Of a stretch of DNA of 64,000 nucleotides, positions 37,341 through 44,291 are shown piece by piece. The DNA comes from Bifidobacteriaceae bacterium (GTDB lineage: Bacteria > Bacillota > Clostridia > Christensenellales > Borkfalkiaceae): positions 2,597 through 66,596 of the forward strand of contig CAVDPT010000009.1 in NCBI GenBank assembly GCA_963610935.1. Reading direction: 5' to 3'. The notes beneath the pieces are model-generated. The model saw only the letters and a program-made list of their open reading frames with translations. It had not been told where the DNA came from and searched no databases. The position numbers and the translations under genes are program-made. Every line of letters starts with the position of its first letter. The first letter of the stretch is position 1.

Positions 37341-38441
37341 TTAACCGTTTATTCTTACGGGAAGGACGAGATACATAAAATCCTCCTTGCCGACGGGGGT
37401 AATTATACACGGGTCTATCGGCGAATTGAGGTTTATATTGATAAAATCGACGCCCGCAATTTTCAGGTAATCGGTAAGATATTTGCCGTTAAAGGCTATT
37501 GTCATATCCTTACCCGATAAATTTATATTGACGTTTTCGTTTACGTTGCCTATCTCCGACCTCGCCGAAATTCCGAGCGAATTTTCTTTTATCTCGAATT
37601 TTACGACGTTGAACCTGTCGTTTTTCGCGACGATGCTCGCCCTCTCTATACTGTTTAAAAGCGCGTCCTTACTTACCGTCACGACGTTTGCAAAGTTTGT
37701 GGGGAGAATGTGCGTGTATTTTACGAATTCGCCCTCTATAAGCCTCGAATAAATAACGGTGCTTCCGAGCTCGACGTAAAGATTGTTTTTTTGTAGACAG
37801 ATTTTGAGGTTTTCTTCGTCCTTATCGAGAAGTCTCACTATTTCCGAAAGCGTCCTTGCCGGAATAACCGCCTTAAAGTTACCCGAGGATTCCACCTCTT
37901 TTTTCACGACCGACATTCTAAACCCGTCGAGAGAGACGCCGTTCAGCGTATTTCCCTCTACCTCGAAAAGACACCCCTTTAATATAGGTCTCGAATCGTC
38001 CGTCGAACAGGAAATAAGAGTCCTTTCCACAAGCTCTTTAAAGTTCTGCTGTTTTATTACAAAGTAATTTTCTTCCCCCTCTTTTTTGATAAGCGGAAAG
38101 CTTTCCGACGGGAATACCTGAAGTTCGCTCTCCGAATCGGAATATTTAATCTGCAGCCCGCCGTCGTAAAGGCGGGAAAGTTCCACCTGCTCCTTTTCGA
38201 GTTTTTTTACGAATTCGACGAAGTATTTACCTACTACTACCGTCTCACCTTCCATAAGAATTTCCGCTTTTATGCTCTTTTCTATGGTAAGCTCGGTATC
38301 CGTCGCAACGAGAGTGAGCTTATCGCCCGCAGCGGAAATTTTTATTCCCTCCAAAACGGGGTTTGCCGCTTTTACCGAAAGAGCTTTACTTACCTTTAAT
38401 ACCGCGTCCGATAAATCGAGTCCGTCGCAAATAACCTTCAT
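37341..38441 (-). CDS. dnaN: DNA polymerase III beta sliding clamp
   Basis: 366 aa, three-domain clamp colinear with DnaN (MKVICDGLDLSDAVLKVSKAL...). Confidence 0.93.
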   Translation of the reverse strand: MKVICDGLDLSDAVLKVSKALSVKAANPVLEGIKISAAGDKLTLVATDTELTIEKSIKAEILMEGETVVVGKYFVEFVKKLEKEQVELSRLYDGGLQIKYSDSESELQVFPSESFPLIKKEGEENYFVIKQQNFKELVERTLISCSTDDSRPILKGCLFEVEGNTLNGVSLDGFRMSVVKKEVESSGNFKAVIPARTLSEIVRLLDKDEENLKICLQKNNLYVELGSTVIYSRLIEGEFVKYTHILPTNFANVVTVSKDALLNSIERASIVAKNDRFNVVKFEIKENSLGISARSEIGNVNENVNINLSGKDMTIAFNGKYLTDYLKIAGVDFININLNSPIDPCIITPVGKEDFMYLVLPVRING

Positions 38442-38871
38442 ATAATTACTCCGAAAAAATTATAAATATTTTATCCCTTCCATTATATAATAAAAGTAAA
38501 ATAAAATCAAGAAAAAACCGCTTTTTATATCTTTTTATTTTTTTATTAAAAAATTCTCTCGCACGTCCTTTTGGTTGTATGTTTTTATTTAAATTATTAT
38601 ATTATATATAGTATTAACGCGTGTGAAAAAGTAAATAACTATGGTTTTACTTTATAATCTTTAAGGAATACGCGGTGGACAAGGCTGTGGAAAATTAAAG
38701 AAAAAAAGTATTATAAAGGTTGATAAGGGTTAGATTTAATATTCTCGTAAGGGAATATAAAAGAAAAAAAGAAACTTTTGACTTAAAAAATAAAAGCTGT
38801 CTACAAGGTGGATAAAAAAAGTTGATAAGAATTTTCTTGTGTTAATAAAAAAAATATGATACAATTTCCGT
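38442..38871. other. Candidate oriC segment: AT-rich spacer with a one-orientation cluster of DnaA-box-like 9-mers
   Basis: Matches to TGTGGATAA: 38686-38694 TGTGGAAAA and 38807-38815 GGTGGATAA (1 mismatch each). Two mismatches each: 38622-38630, 38674-38682, 38718-38726 and 38820-38828. A 29-nt pure A/T tract at 38582-38610 lies between the boxes and dnaN. Confidence 0.45.
38837..38865 (+). promoter_or_regulatory. Candidate promoter for rsmG (leaderless-type spacing)
   Basis: TTGTGT-17 nt-(TGa)TACAAT, then 6 nt, then ATG. There is no SD. Confidence 0.4.
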
Positions 38872-39552
38872 ATGGAAAAAATATTTGAAGAATTCAATAT
38901 ACGTTTATCCGAAAAACAAGCGGAAAAGTTTGAAAATTACTATAAAATGATAGTAGAGGCAAACGAGAAATTCAATATCACCGCCATAACCGAAAAAAGG
39001 GATGTTTATCTCAAGCATTTTGTGGACAGCCTTCTTTTTGTAAACGAGTTGAAAAGTGGAAAGCTTTTAGACGTCGGCTCGGGCGGAGGACTTCCCGCCG
39101 TACCGCTCGCGATATTCAACGAGAATTTAGAGATAACGATGCTCGAAGCGACGGAGAAAAAGTGCGAGTTTTTAAGAGAGGCAGCAGTAAGTTTAGCCTT
39201 AAAAAACGTCAAGGTCGTAAACGGGCGCGCCGAAGAAGCGGGAAGAGATAAAAATTTTCGCGAACAATACGATTTTTGTACGGCGCGAGCGGTAGCGAGG
39301 CTAAATATTTTATGTGAATACTGTATGCCGTTCGTGAGGGTAGGCGGAATTTTCGCGGCGTTTAAGGGAAACGCCGAGAAGGAAATTAACGAGGCGCGAG
39401 ACGCCATAAAGAAGCTCGGCGGAAGAATTGCGGAAGTAAAAGAAAGAGACCTCGAGGGAGCTAAAAGAGAGCTTATACTCGTGGAAAAAATCGCGCGTAC
39501 CGACGAAAAATATCCGCGCGGAAACGGAAGAATAAGGAAAAACCCGCTATGA
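38872..39552 (+). CDS. rsmG: 16S rRNA (guanine527-N7)-methyltransferase RsmG/GidB
   Basis: SAM motif LLDVGSGGGLPAVPLAI and family colinearity. Confidence 0.9.
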   Translation: MEKIFEEFNIRLSEKQAEKFENYYKMIVEANEKFNITAITEKRDVYLKHFVDSLLFVNELKSGKLLDVGSGGGLPAVPLAIFNENLEITMLEATEKKCEFLREAAVSLALKNVKVVNGRAEEAGRDKNFREQYDFCTARAVARLNILCEYCMPFVRVGGIFAAFKGNAEKEINEARDAIKKLGGRIAEVKERDLEGAKRELILVEKIARTDEKYPRGNGRIRKNPL

Positions 39553-40034
39553 CAGAAAAAAAAGAGTCGCTTCCCGCGTTCGACAAGCAAAAAACCTGCG
39601 CCGTCACGGGACACAGAGATTTGTCGCTCGGAGTAGATATCGCCCTCGTCGAGGGGGTTTTAAGGAGCGCGATAGAAAGCGGATACGAGAATTTTATGGT
39701 CGGAATGGCTCTCGGCTTCGATTTTCTGTGTTTTAGAATTTTAGAAAAGTTGAGAAAAGAAAAACCGATAAAAATTATAGCGTGCGTGCCGTGCAGAGGG
39801 CAGGCGGACAAATTTTCCGACCCTCAAAAGGAAGAGTATTTAAGAATGCTTTTTTCGAGCGACAAGACCGTCGTTTTGTCCGAAACTTACACCAAATACT
39901 GCATGCAGAGAAGAAACGCCTATATGGTAGACAACAGTTCCCTTCTTATTGCGTATAGAAGAAAAGAAAAGGGCGGGACGAATAACACCGTAAAATACGC
40001 CGAGAGCAAGGGCGTTACGATTATAAGCGTATGA
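39549..40034 (+). CDS. DUF1273 / YpsA-like SLOG-family protein
   Basis: TGHR...GMALGFD...GGT pattern typical of YpsA-like SLOG proteins. ATGA start/stop overlap with rsmG. Confidence 0.7.
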   Translation: MTEKKESLPAFDKQKTCAVTGHRDLSLGVDIALVEGVLRSAIESGYENFMVGMALGFDFLCFRILEKLRKEKPIKIIACVPCRGQADKFSDPQKEEYLRMLFSSDKTVVLSETYTKYCMQRRNAYMVDNSSLLIAYRRKEKGGTNNTVKYAESKGVTIISV

Positions 40035-40150
40035 AAAACTAAAAAAAGAGCGGCGGCGGAGAGTATTTTTCGCCGTTTTTCTTTGTTTTTGACGGGTTTT
40101 GATAAATTTGAAAAAAATTTAAATATTTTGAAACTTTTTTTCAAAAACGC

Positions 40151-40178
40151 TTGACAAATAAAAAATAAGTGTTAAAAT
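40151..40178 (+). promoter_or_regulatory. Orphan near-consensus promoter with no downstream + strand CDS
   Basis: TTGACA-16 nt-(TGt)TAAAAT. Confidence 0.4.
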
Positions 40179-40184
40179 GAATAT

Positions 40185-40306
40185 GTACTCGGGAGAAGCC
40201 GAGTGAAAGAAAGGATGTTTTGCCAATCGTGGCGAATAGGAATTTTTCCGGAATAATATATGAAAAAAGAAGGTTGCCGTGCGGCAACCTTCTTTACTGG
40301 TTTTTT
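40185..40306 (+). ncRNA. Candidate ~115-nt small RNA (family not recognised)
   Basis: Runs from the orphan promoter to the hairpin at 40268-40293. Internal hairpins are actcgg/ccgagt, ttgcca/tggcga and ggaa/ttcc. The only ORFs here are 9 and 13 codons. Confidence 0.25.
40262..40306. terminator. Shared hairpin terminator, strong on the minus strand and weaker on the plus strand
   Basis: agaaggttgcc-gtgc-ggcaaccttct. The minus strand follows it with T6. The plus strand follows it with tttactggtttttt. Confidence 0.65.
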
Positions 40307-40307
40307 A

Positions 40308-40454
40308 CTACTCCTTTTCGGAATAACTGCCGCAGCAGGTGCAGTTTTCACCACAGCCGCAGGTGATTTTTATACTGCCGAGCTGACAGTTTTCGCCGCA
40401 GTAATTGTGTCTGCAGCCGGTTACGTCGCAACGTATAGAACGATTTTCTTGCAT
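40308..40454 (-). CDS. 48-aa cysteine-rich protein, DUF1540-like (absent from the ORF track)
   Basis: Hand translation gives MQENRSIRCDVTGCRHNYCGENCQLGSIKITCGCGENCTCCGSYSEKE (10 Cys). SD aaggaggg lies 6 nt upstream and a strong terminator follows immediately. Confidence 0.6.
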   Translation of the reverse strand: MQENRSIRCDVTGCRHNYCGENCQLGSIKITCGCGENCTCCGSYSEKE

Positions 40455-40511
40455 ATTGCCCTCCTTATAGCCTTTATTTTACCTGAAATAAATTTTTTTA
40501 TACGCTTTCTA

Positions 40512-40540
40512 TTGACTTTTTTGCCAAATTGAGGTAGAAT
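40512..40540 (+). promoter_or_regulatory. Sigma-A-type promoter for rplI
   Basis: TTGACT-17 nt-TAGAAT. Confidence 0.5.
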
Positions 40541-40575
40541 ATACTTGAATTAAAGTATGGAGCGTCGTTCGTGCT

Positions 40576-41016
40576 ATGAAAGTTGTGCTTATAAAAGACG
40601 TAAAGGGTTCCGGTAAAGCGGGAGACGTTATAGAAGCGAAAGACGGGTTTGCGCAGAATTTTCTTATCAAAAACGGTCTCGCAAAGGCGGCGGACGCCGC
40701 GGCGTTAAACGAGAACAAAGCGCAAAAAGCCGCCGCGGAATTTCATAGAAAAGAGACGCTTAAGCAAAATAAAGAGCTGAAAGAAAAAATCGACGGCGCG
40801 GAAATTACCCTTCAGGTAAAGAGCGGCGCGGCGGGTAAATTCTTCGGCAGCGTTACGAGTAAAGAAATAGCCGACAAGCTTGCGGAGCTCGGCTACGACG
40901 TAGACAAAAAGAAGATTGTTCTTCAGTCCAATATAAAGACTGCGGGCGCGTATCCCGTCGTCGTAAAAATTTCCGCAGAGGAGACCGCTAAAATAACGGT
41001 AAACGTTATAAATTAA
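40576..41016 (+). CDS. rplI: 50S ribosomal protein L9
   Basis: MKVVLIKDVKGSGKAGDVIEAKDGFAQNFLI matches the L9 N-domain; 146 aa. Confidence 0.93.
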   Translation: MKVVLIKDVKGSGKAGDVIEAKDGFAQNFLIKNGLAKAADAAALNENKAQKAAAEFHRKETLKQNKELKEKIDGAEITLQVKSGAAGKFFGSVTSKEIADKLAELGYDVDKKKIVLQSNIKTAGAYPVVVKISAEETAKITVNVIN

Positions 41017-41093
41017 GAGGCGGTTATAAAAGCAGTCCACACAAGCCGCACGGTGAAATTCCGCACAAACGGCTAAAAACTTTTCCTTTTTCG

Positions 41094-41133
41094 GCCTGCC
41101 CTTGCTTTTCGGCAAGAGGCGGGCTGCTTTTTT
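41094..41133 (+). terminator. Probable terminator after rplI
   Basis: Imperfect GC-rich hairpin gcctgcccttgc...gcaagaggcgggc followed by tgctttttt. Confidence 0.4.
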
Positions 41134-41145
41134 AAAGGGTTTTCG

Positions 41146-41904
41146 TTACTTTGCCGTCTCGTTATCGTCCTCTTTTTTATCCTCTTCAAGCGCGTCGTGC
41201 GCGGAGGGACGAGCGGAAACGTTTTCTTTATTCGTCCCCGAAAAAAACTTGTTCTTCGGCAAAAGCCGAGGCAGTACGGCGAGAAGCGCCGCCGAAACGG
41301 CGTAGTTTACCGCCGCCGCAATGAGCTTAAAGGGGTAGCTTGCGAGATAATACGCAAAGGTCTTTTTCCCGAGCCCGTACATAAGAAAAATGCCGAGGGT
41401 GTTTATAAGTCCGCTGATTAAAAGAGAGCAAATCGCGAAAGATATTAAAAGTTTAACTTGTTCTTTTCCGTGCGGAAAAGTAAAAATAAGCCCGAAAATA
41501 AGCCCCCAAAGTCCCGTTCCCACGCCGATAATCGGGTTATACGCGCCGTGCGGGTTTATTATCGCGCCGATAAGGTCGCCTAAAAAACACACCGCAAACC
41601 CGTACGCTCCGCCGAGCAGATACCCCGCAAGAAAACCTATCGTCGCAACGAAAGAAAGCTGCAGTGCGTCCGAAATTTTAATATCGAAGACGTTTGCCAG
41701 CACGCACAGCGCGGTGAGTACGCCGGCGTAAGACAGCCGTTGCGTTTTTGACAATTTATTGCGCGCGGGGAGTTTTTTAAAAAGGAAAAAGAGAACGAGC
41801 GCGACGAGAAAAACGCCAAGAAACAGATAGTAATACCAACGGGTAACTACGGTTTTGAAAATCGCCCCGACGTCGAAGGCGTTCGTCAAAAGCAAAAGCG
41901 ACAT
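41146..41904 (-). CDS. folT: ECF-transporter S component, folate-type (FolT-like) inferred from the upstream THF riboswitch
   Basis: Multi-TM S-component-like protein. Start was set at the ATG at 41904, preceded by aaggaga. A THF aptamer lies directly upstream. Confidence 0.65.
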   Translation of the reverse strand: MSLLLLTNAFDVGAIFKTVVTRWYYYLFLGVFLVALVLFFLFKKLPARNKLSKTQRLSYAGVLTALCVLANVFDIKISDALQLSFVATIGFLAGYLLGGAYGFAVCFLGDLIGAIINPHGAYNPIIGVGTGLWGLIFGLIFTFPHGKEQVKLLISFAICSLLISGLINTLGIFLMYGLGKKTFAYYLASYPFKLIAAAVNYAVSAALLAVLPRLLPKNKFFSGTNKENVSARPSAHDALEEDKKEDDNETAK

Positions 41905-41974
41905 AAAAAAATCTCTCCTTGAAAACAAGAATAGAGAGACCGATAAAATTCCGCGCGGAAAAACGCCGTGCGGC

Positions 41975-42100
41975 TATAATAGCGGACGCGCAAGGACACC
42001 GCAGAAACGAACGAGAGGGGAAAACCCCCGCGCACGCGTCTTTCGTTTGCAAACGACATCCCATTTTGCAACACTTTACGCGCCCTTGCTACTCTATTTT
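41975..42100 (-). promoter_or_regulatory. THF (folT-motif) riboswitch aptamer
   Basis: The minus strand reads AGAGUAG..GCGCGUAAAGUGU..AAUGGGAUGUCG..ACGAA..GCGCGG..GCGGUG..CCGCU. This matches the conserved THF-riboswitch blocks as I recall them from the E. siraeum aptamer. Confidence 0.8.
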
Positions 42101-42106
42101 TCTTTT

Positions 42107-42135
42107 AATATACCAAAAAAACGCTTCGCCGTCAA
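42107..42135 (-). promoter_or_regulatory. Sigma-A-type promoter for the THF riboswitch/folT transcript
   Basis: The minus strand reads TTGACG-17 nt-TATATT. Confidence 0.5.
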
Positions 42136-42181
42136 GTAAAAACGAACAAAAGGACAAAAACGGCGCCGCGCGTTTTCTACG

Positions 42182-42952
42182 CTATCTTTTATCTATGGTT
42201 TCGTCTTTAGCGGCGTCGCTATCTACGCCGCCGTCCTCGTCTTTTTCGTCGTTTACGGATTTTGCCGTCTCGAAAAAGGCGGCGAGCCGAGGCAGAGACG
42301 GCTTAAAATCGAATACTCTGTCGAGAAGTTTAGAAAAAAAGCCGATAAGCGTACCGTTTATCAAAGCCATGACGAGCGTCCCCCAGCCTATCCCCTTTAT
42401 TTCGCCGAAAAAGGCGAAAGTCATAACGACGCTCGCCGTAAGGCAGGCGAGGTCCACGGCGGTTTTAAGAGCGGAGAGCCTTACGTTATACCTATTTGAA
42501 ACCGCTTTGACGAAAAAGTCGTATACCTGCGGATACAGATAGGTCTTAAAAAACAGCGCGACGGAGAAGGACGTCAGCGTTACCCCCGCGACGAACATGA
42601 CTATCCGAAGCCAAAGGGCGATGCGGTCGGGCGGAGTTACCGACTGATCGAAGCAGGGGATTTTCCGCCACAGGTCGAGGACGAGTCCGTATATAAGGCA
42701 GGTAAGAAAAGAGGACAGGTAGGAGAGCTTAAAGCTTTTTAAGATTATGCAAAGGAGTATAAACACCCCTGCCTGAACGACGTATTCCGCTTGCCCGAAA
42801 GAAAGGACGCCCGTTTTGAGACTCAAAAGATAGGCGGGAGCGACTATCATCGAAATTCCGAAATCGGCGGCGGTAAGGATAGCTACCGCAAGCGCAAGCA
42901 ACACTATTGCGAGAAAATAAACGACTTCGCTCGACAACTTGATTTTTTTCAT
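42182..42952 (-). CDS. Multi-pass membrane protein (YczE/DUF6198-like by eye) with an acidic tail
   Basis: Hydrophobic 256-aa ORF with an N-terminal pattern LALAVAILTAADFGIS. The family call is tentative. Confidence 0.5.
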   Translation of the reverse strand: MKKIKLSSEVVYFLAIVLLALAVAILTAADFGISMIVAPAYLLSLKTGVLSFGQAEYVVQAGVFILLCIILKSFKLSYLSSFLTCLIYGLVLDLWRKIPCFDQSVTPPDRIALWLRIVMFVAGVTLTSFSVALFFKTYLYPQVYDFFVKAVSNRYNVRLSALKTAVDLACLTASVVMTFAFFGEIKGIGWGTLVMALINGTLIGFFSKLLDRVFDFKPSLPRLAAFFETAKSVNDEKDEDGGVDSDAAKDETIDKR

Positions 42953-43015
42953 TCGTTTTATAATTAAATCTCCCTTTAGTTTAGCGCGACGCTTTTCTCC
43001 GTCCGACGCCGTGCC

Positions 43016-43537
43016 TTATTTATAAACGATATAACCCTTTTTACGCGGGGCGGCGGGTTTAGGAGCTTCGGCGGGATAACCGAGGGCGAGCGCGCCCACG
43101 CCTCGGAGCGTTTCGGGTAACCCCCATTCGCGCAGAAGAGCCTTGCCCTTTTCGCTGTCGAAAAGTTCACGTTCTCTATGCACCCAAACGGTCCCGAGCC
43201 CTAACGACGAGGCGGCAAGCATCATGTTTTCGAGAACGCAACTTCCGTCCTCAACGAAGGTGTTTACCGAGCCGTCCGCAAGCACGAGAAGAATCACGGG
43301 CGCGTAGTAATAGGGATCGCAATCCTTCCCCAAAATCATAGCGTTTCGTAAAGCCAGCTCCGCGAGATATTTTCCCTCGGTAACGGCGACGATGGTCGGC
43401 GACTGCTTGCCTTGTCCCGTCGGGGCGTAAGTCCCCGCCTCGCATATCGCTTCTATCAGCTCGCGCGGTACGGGGTCCTGCTTATACGCGCGCACGCTTC
43501 TACGCGCTTTGATGTTTTCAAGTACTTCGTTGGTCAT
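43016..43537 (-). CDS. Nitroreductase-family protein
   Basis: RRSVRAY N-terminal motif and a 173-aa FMN nitroreductase fold pattern. Confidence 0.88.
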   Translation of the reverse strand: MTNEVLENIKARRSVRAYKQDPVPRELIEAICEAGTYAPTGQGKQSPTIVAVTEGKYLAELALRNAMILGKDCDPYYYAPVILLVLADGSVNTFVEDGSCVLENMMLAASSLGLGTVWVHRERELFDSEKGKALLREWGLPETLRGVGALALGYPAEAPKPAAPRKKGYIVYK

Positions 43538-43554
43538 AATAAAATCCTCCCTTT

Positions 43555-43592
43555 ATTAAAATCGCCACACGCCCTTTTCGGACGTATGGCGA
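43555..43592 (-). terminator. Terminator-like hairpin abutting the nitroreductase SD (terminator for the phosphatase gene and/or an attenuator)
   Basis: Minus-strand 10-bp stem UCGCCAUACG/CGUGUGGCGA with an 11-nt loop, followed by UUUUAAU and then AAAGGGAGG. Confidence 0.5.
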
Positions 43593-43628
43593 AAAATGAG
43601 TCTGTTCTCTCAGAAAAATCCATACAAA

Positions 43629-43650
43629 TTTTGTAATTATTTTGTAATTA
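43629..43650. repeat. Perfect tandem 11-mer x2 (ttttgtaatta), plus a degenerate third copy to 43660
   Basis: Read directly from the sequence. It lies at and just after the predicted +1 of the nitroreductase promoter. Confidence 0.9.
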
Positions 43651-43651
43651 T

Positions 43652-43680
43652 ATTGTATTCTAAAAGAGCGGCAATGTCAA
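43652..43680 (-). promoter_or_regulatory. Consensus sigma-A promoter for the nitroreductase gene
   Basis: The minus strand reads TTGACA-17 nt-TACAAT. Confidence 0.5.
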
Positions 43681-43717
43681 CCGTTTTAGATAAACTTTTT
43701 ACCGCGGAAAGATTCGG

Positions 43718-44188
43718 CTACAATTCGTAAGCTTTTTTAAGATAATCGTAAAGCCCGCGAATACCGCGCGTCACGTCTATAGAGGTCTGCTCGAAATCGC
43801 CCGTATACCACGGGTCGGCAACGTCCCTTTTATCGTCGGTGAAGCCGAGAAGAAGCTTTACCTTGCCCTCTTTGTCGCCGTCGAAAAGCCGATTCATATC
43901 CCGAATATTCGTCTCGTCCATACCGATAAAGTAATCGGACTTGCCGTAATCGGAAAAAGTAAGCTTTCTTGCGCGCTTATCGGAGCAGTCTATCCCCATT
44001 CTCTCTAAAATCCGCGCCGTTCCGCGGTGTACGGGACTGCCCTCTTCGCACCCGTTTGTCGCCGCGGAGCTTATCTCGAATTTATCCGCCGTCCCCTCGT
44101 CCTTGACGAGCGCTTTCATCAGAAATTCCGCCATAGGCGAACGGCAGATATTGCCGAAGCACACGAACGTTATTTTTATTTTGTCCAT
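43718..44188 (-). CDS. Low-molecular-weight protein-tyrosine phosphatase
   Basis: P-loop CFGNICRS and a DP-type downstream motif (VADPWY); 156 aa. Confidence 0.9.
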   Translation of the reverse strand: MDKIKITFVCFGNICRSPMAEFLMKALVKDEGTADKFEISSAATNGCEEGSPVHRGTARILERMGIDCSDKRARKLTFSDYGKSDYFIGMDETNIRDMNRLFDGDKEGKVKLLLGFTDDKRDVADPWYTGDFEQTSIDVTRGIRGLYDYLKKAYEL

Positions 44189-44291
44189 ATATTCCTCCGT
44201 CCGCGGCTTTTTTCGCAGGGAAAGCCCGTTGCCGACCTTTTCCCTCTTTCTTTATCGTGAAATACTTGCCACGGCAAGAGCGGCGCAGACT

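Noticed and set aside
40260-40532. 90-aa hydrophobic + strand ORF in the rsmG-rplI spacer.
   Set aside because: It starts inside the terminator hairpin, runs antisense to the SD-equipped Cys-rich micro-ORF and continues through the rplI promoter. Its Ala/Gly/Thr/Phe content is what reversed Cys/Gly codons would give.
41777-42542. Several 60-207-aa ORFs (41777-42064, 41855-42139, 41886-42074, 41919-42542) around the folT upstream region.
   Set aside because: They cover the THF riboswitch and its promoter, or run antisense to the neighbouring membrane-protein gene. None has protein-like composition.
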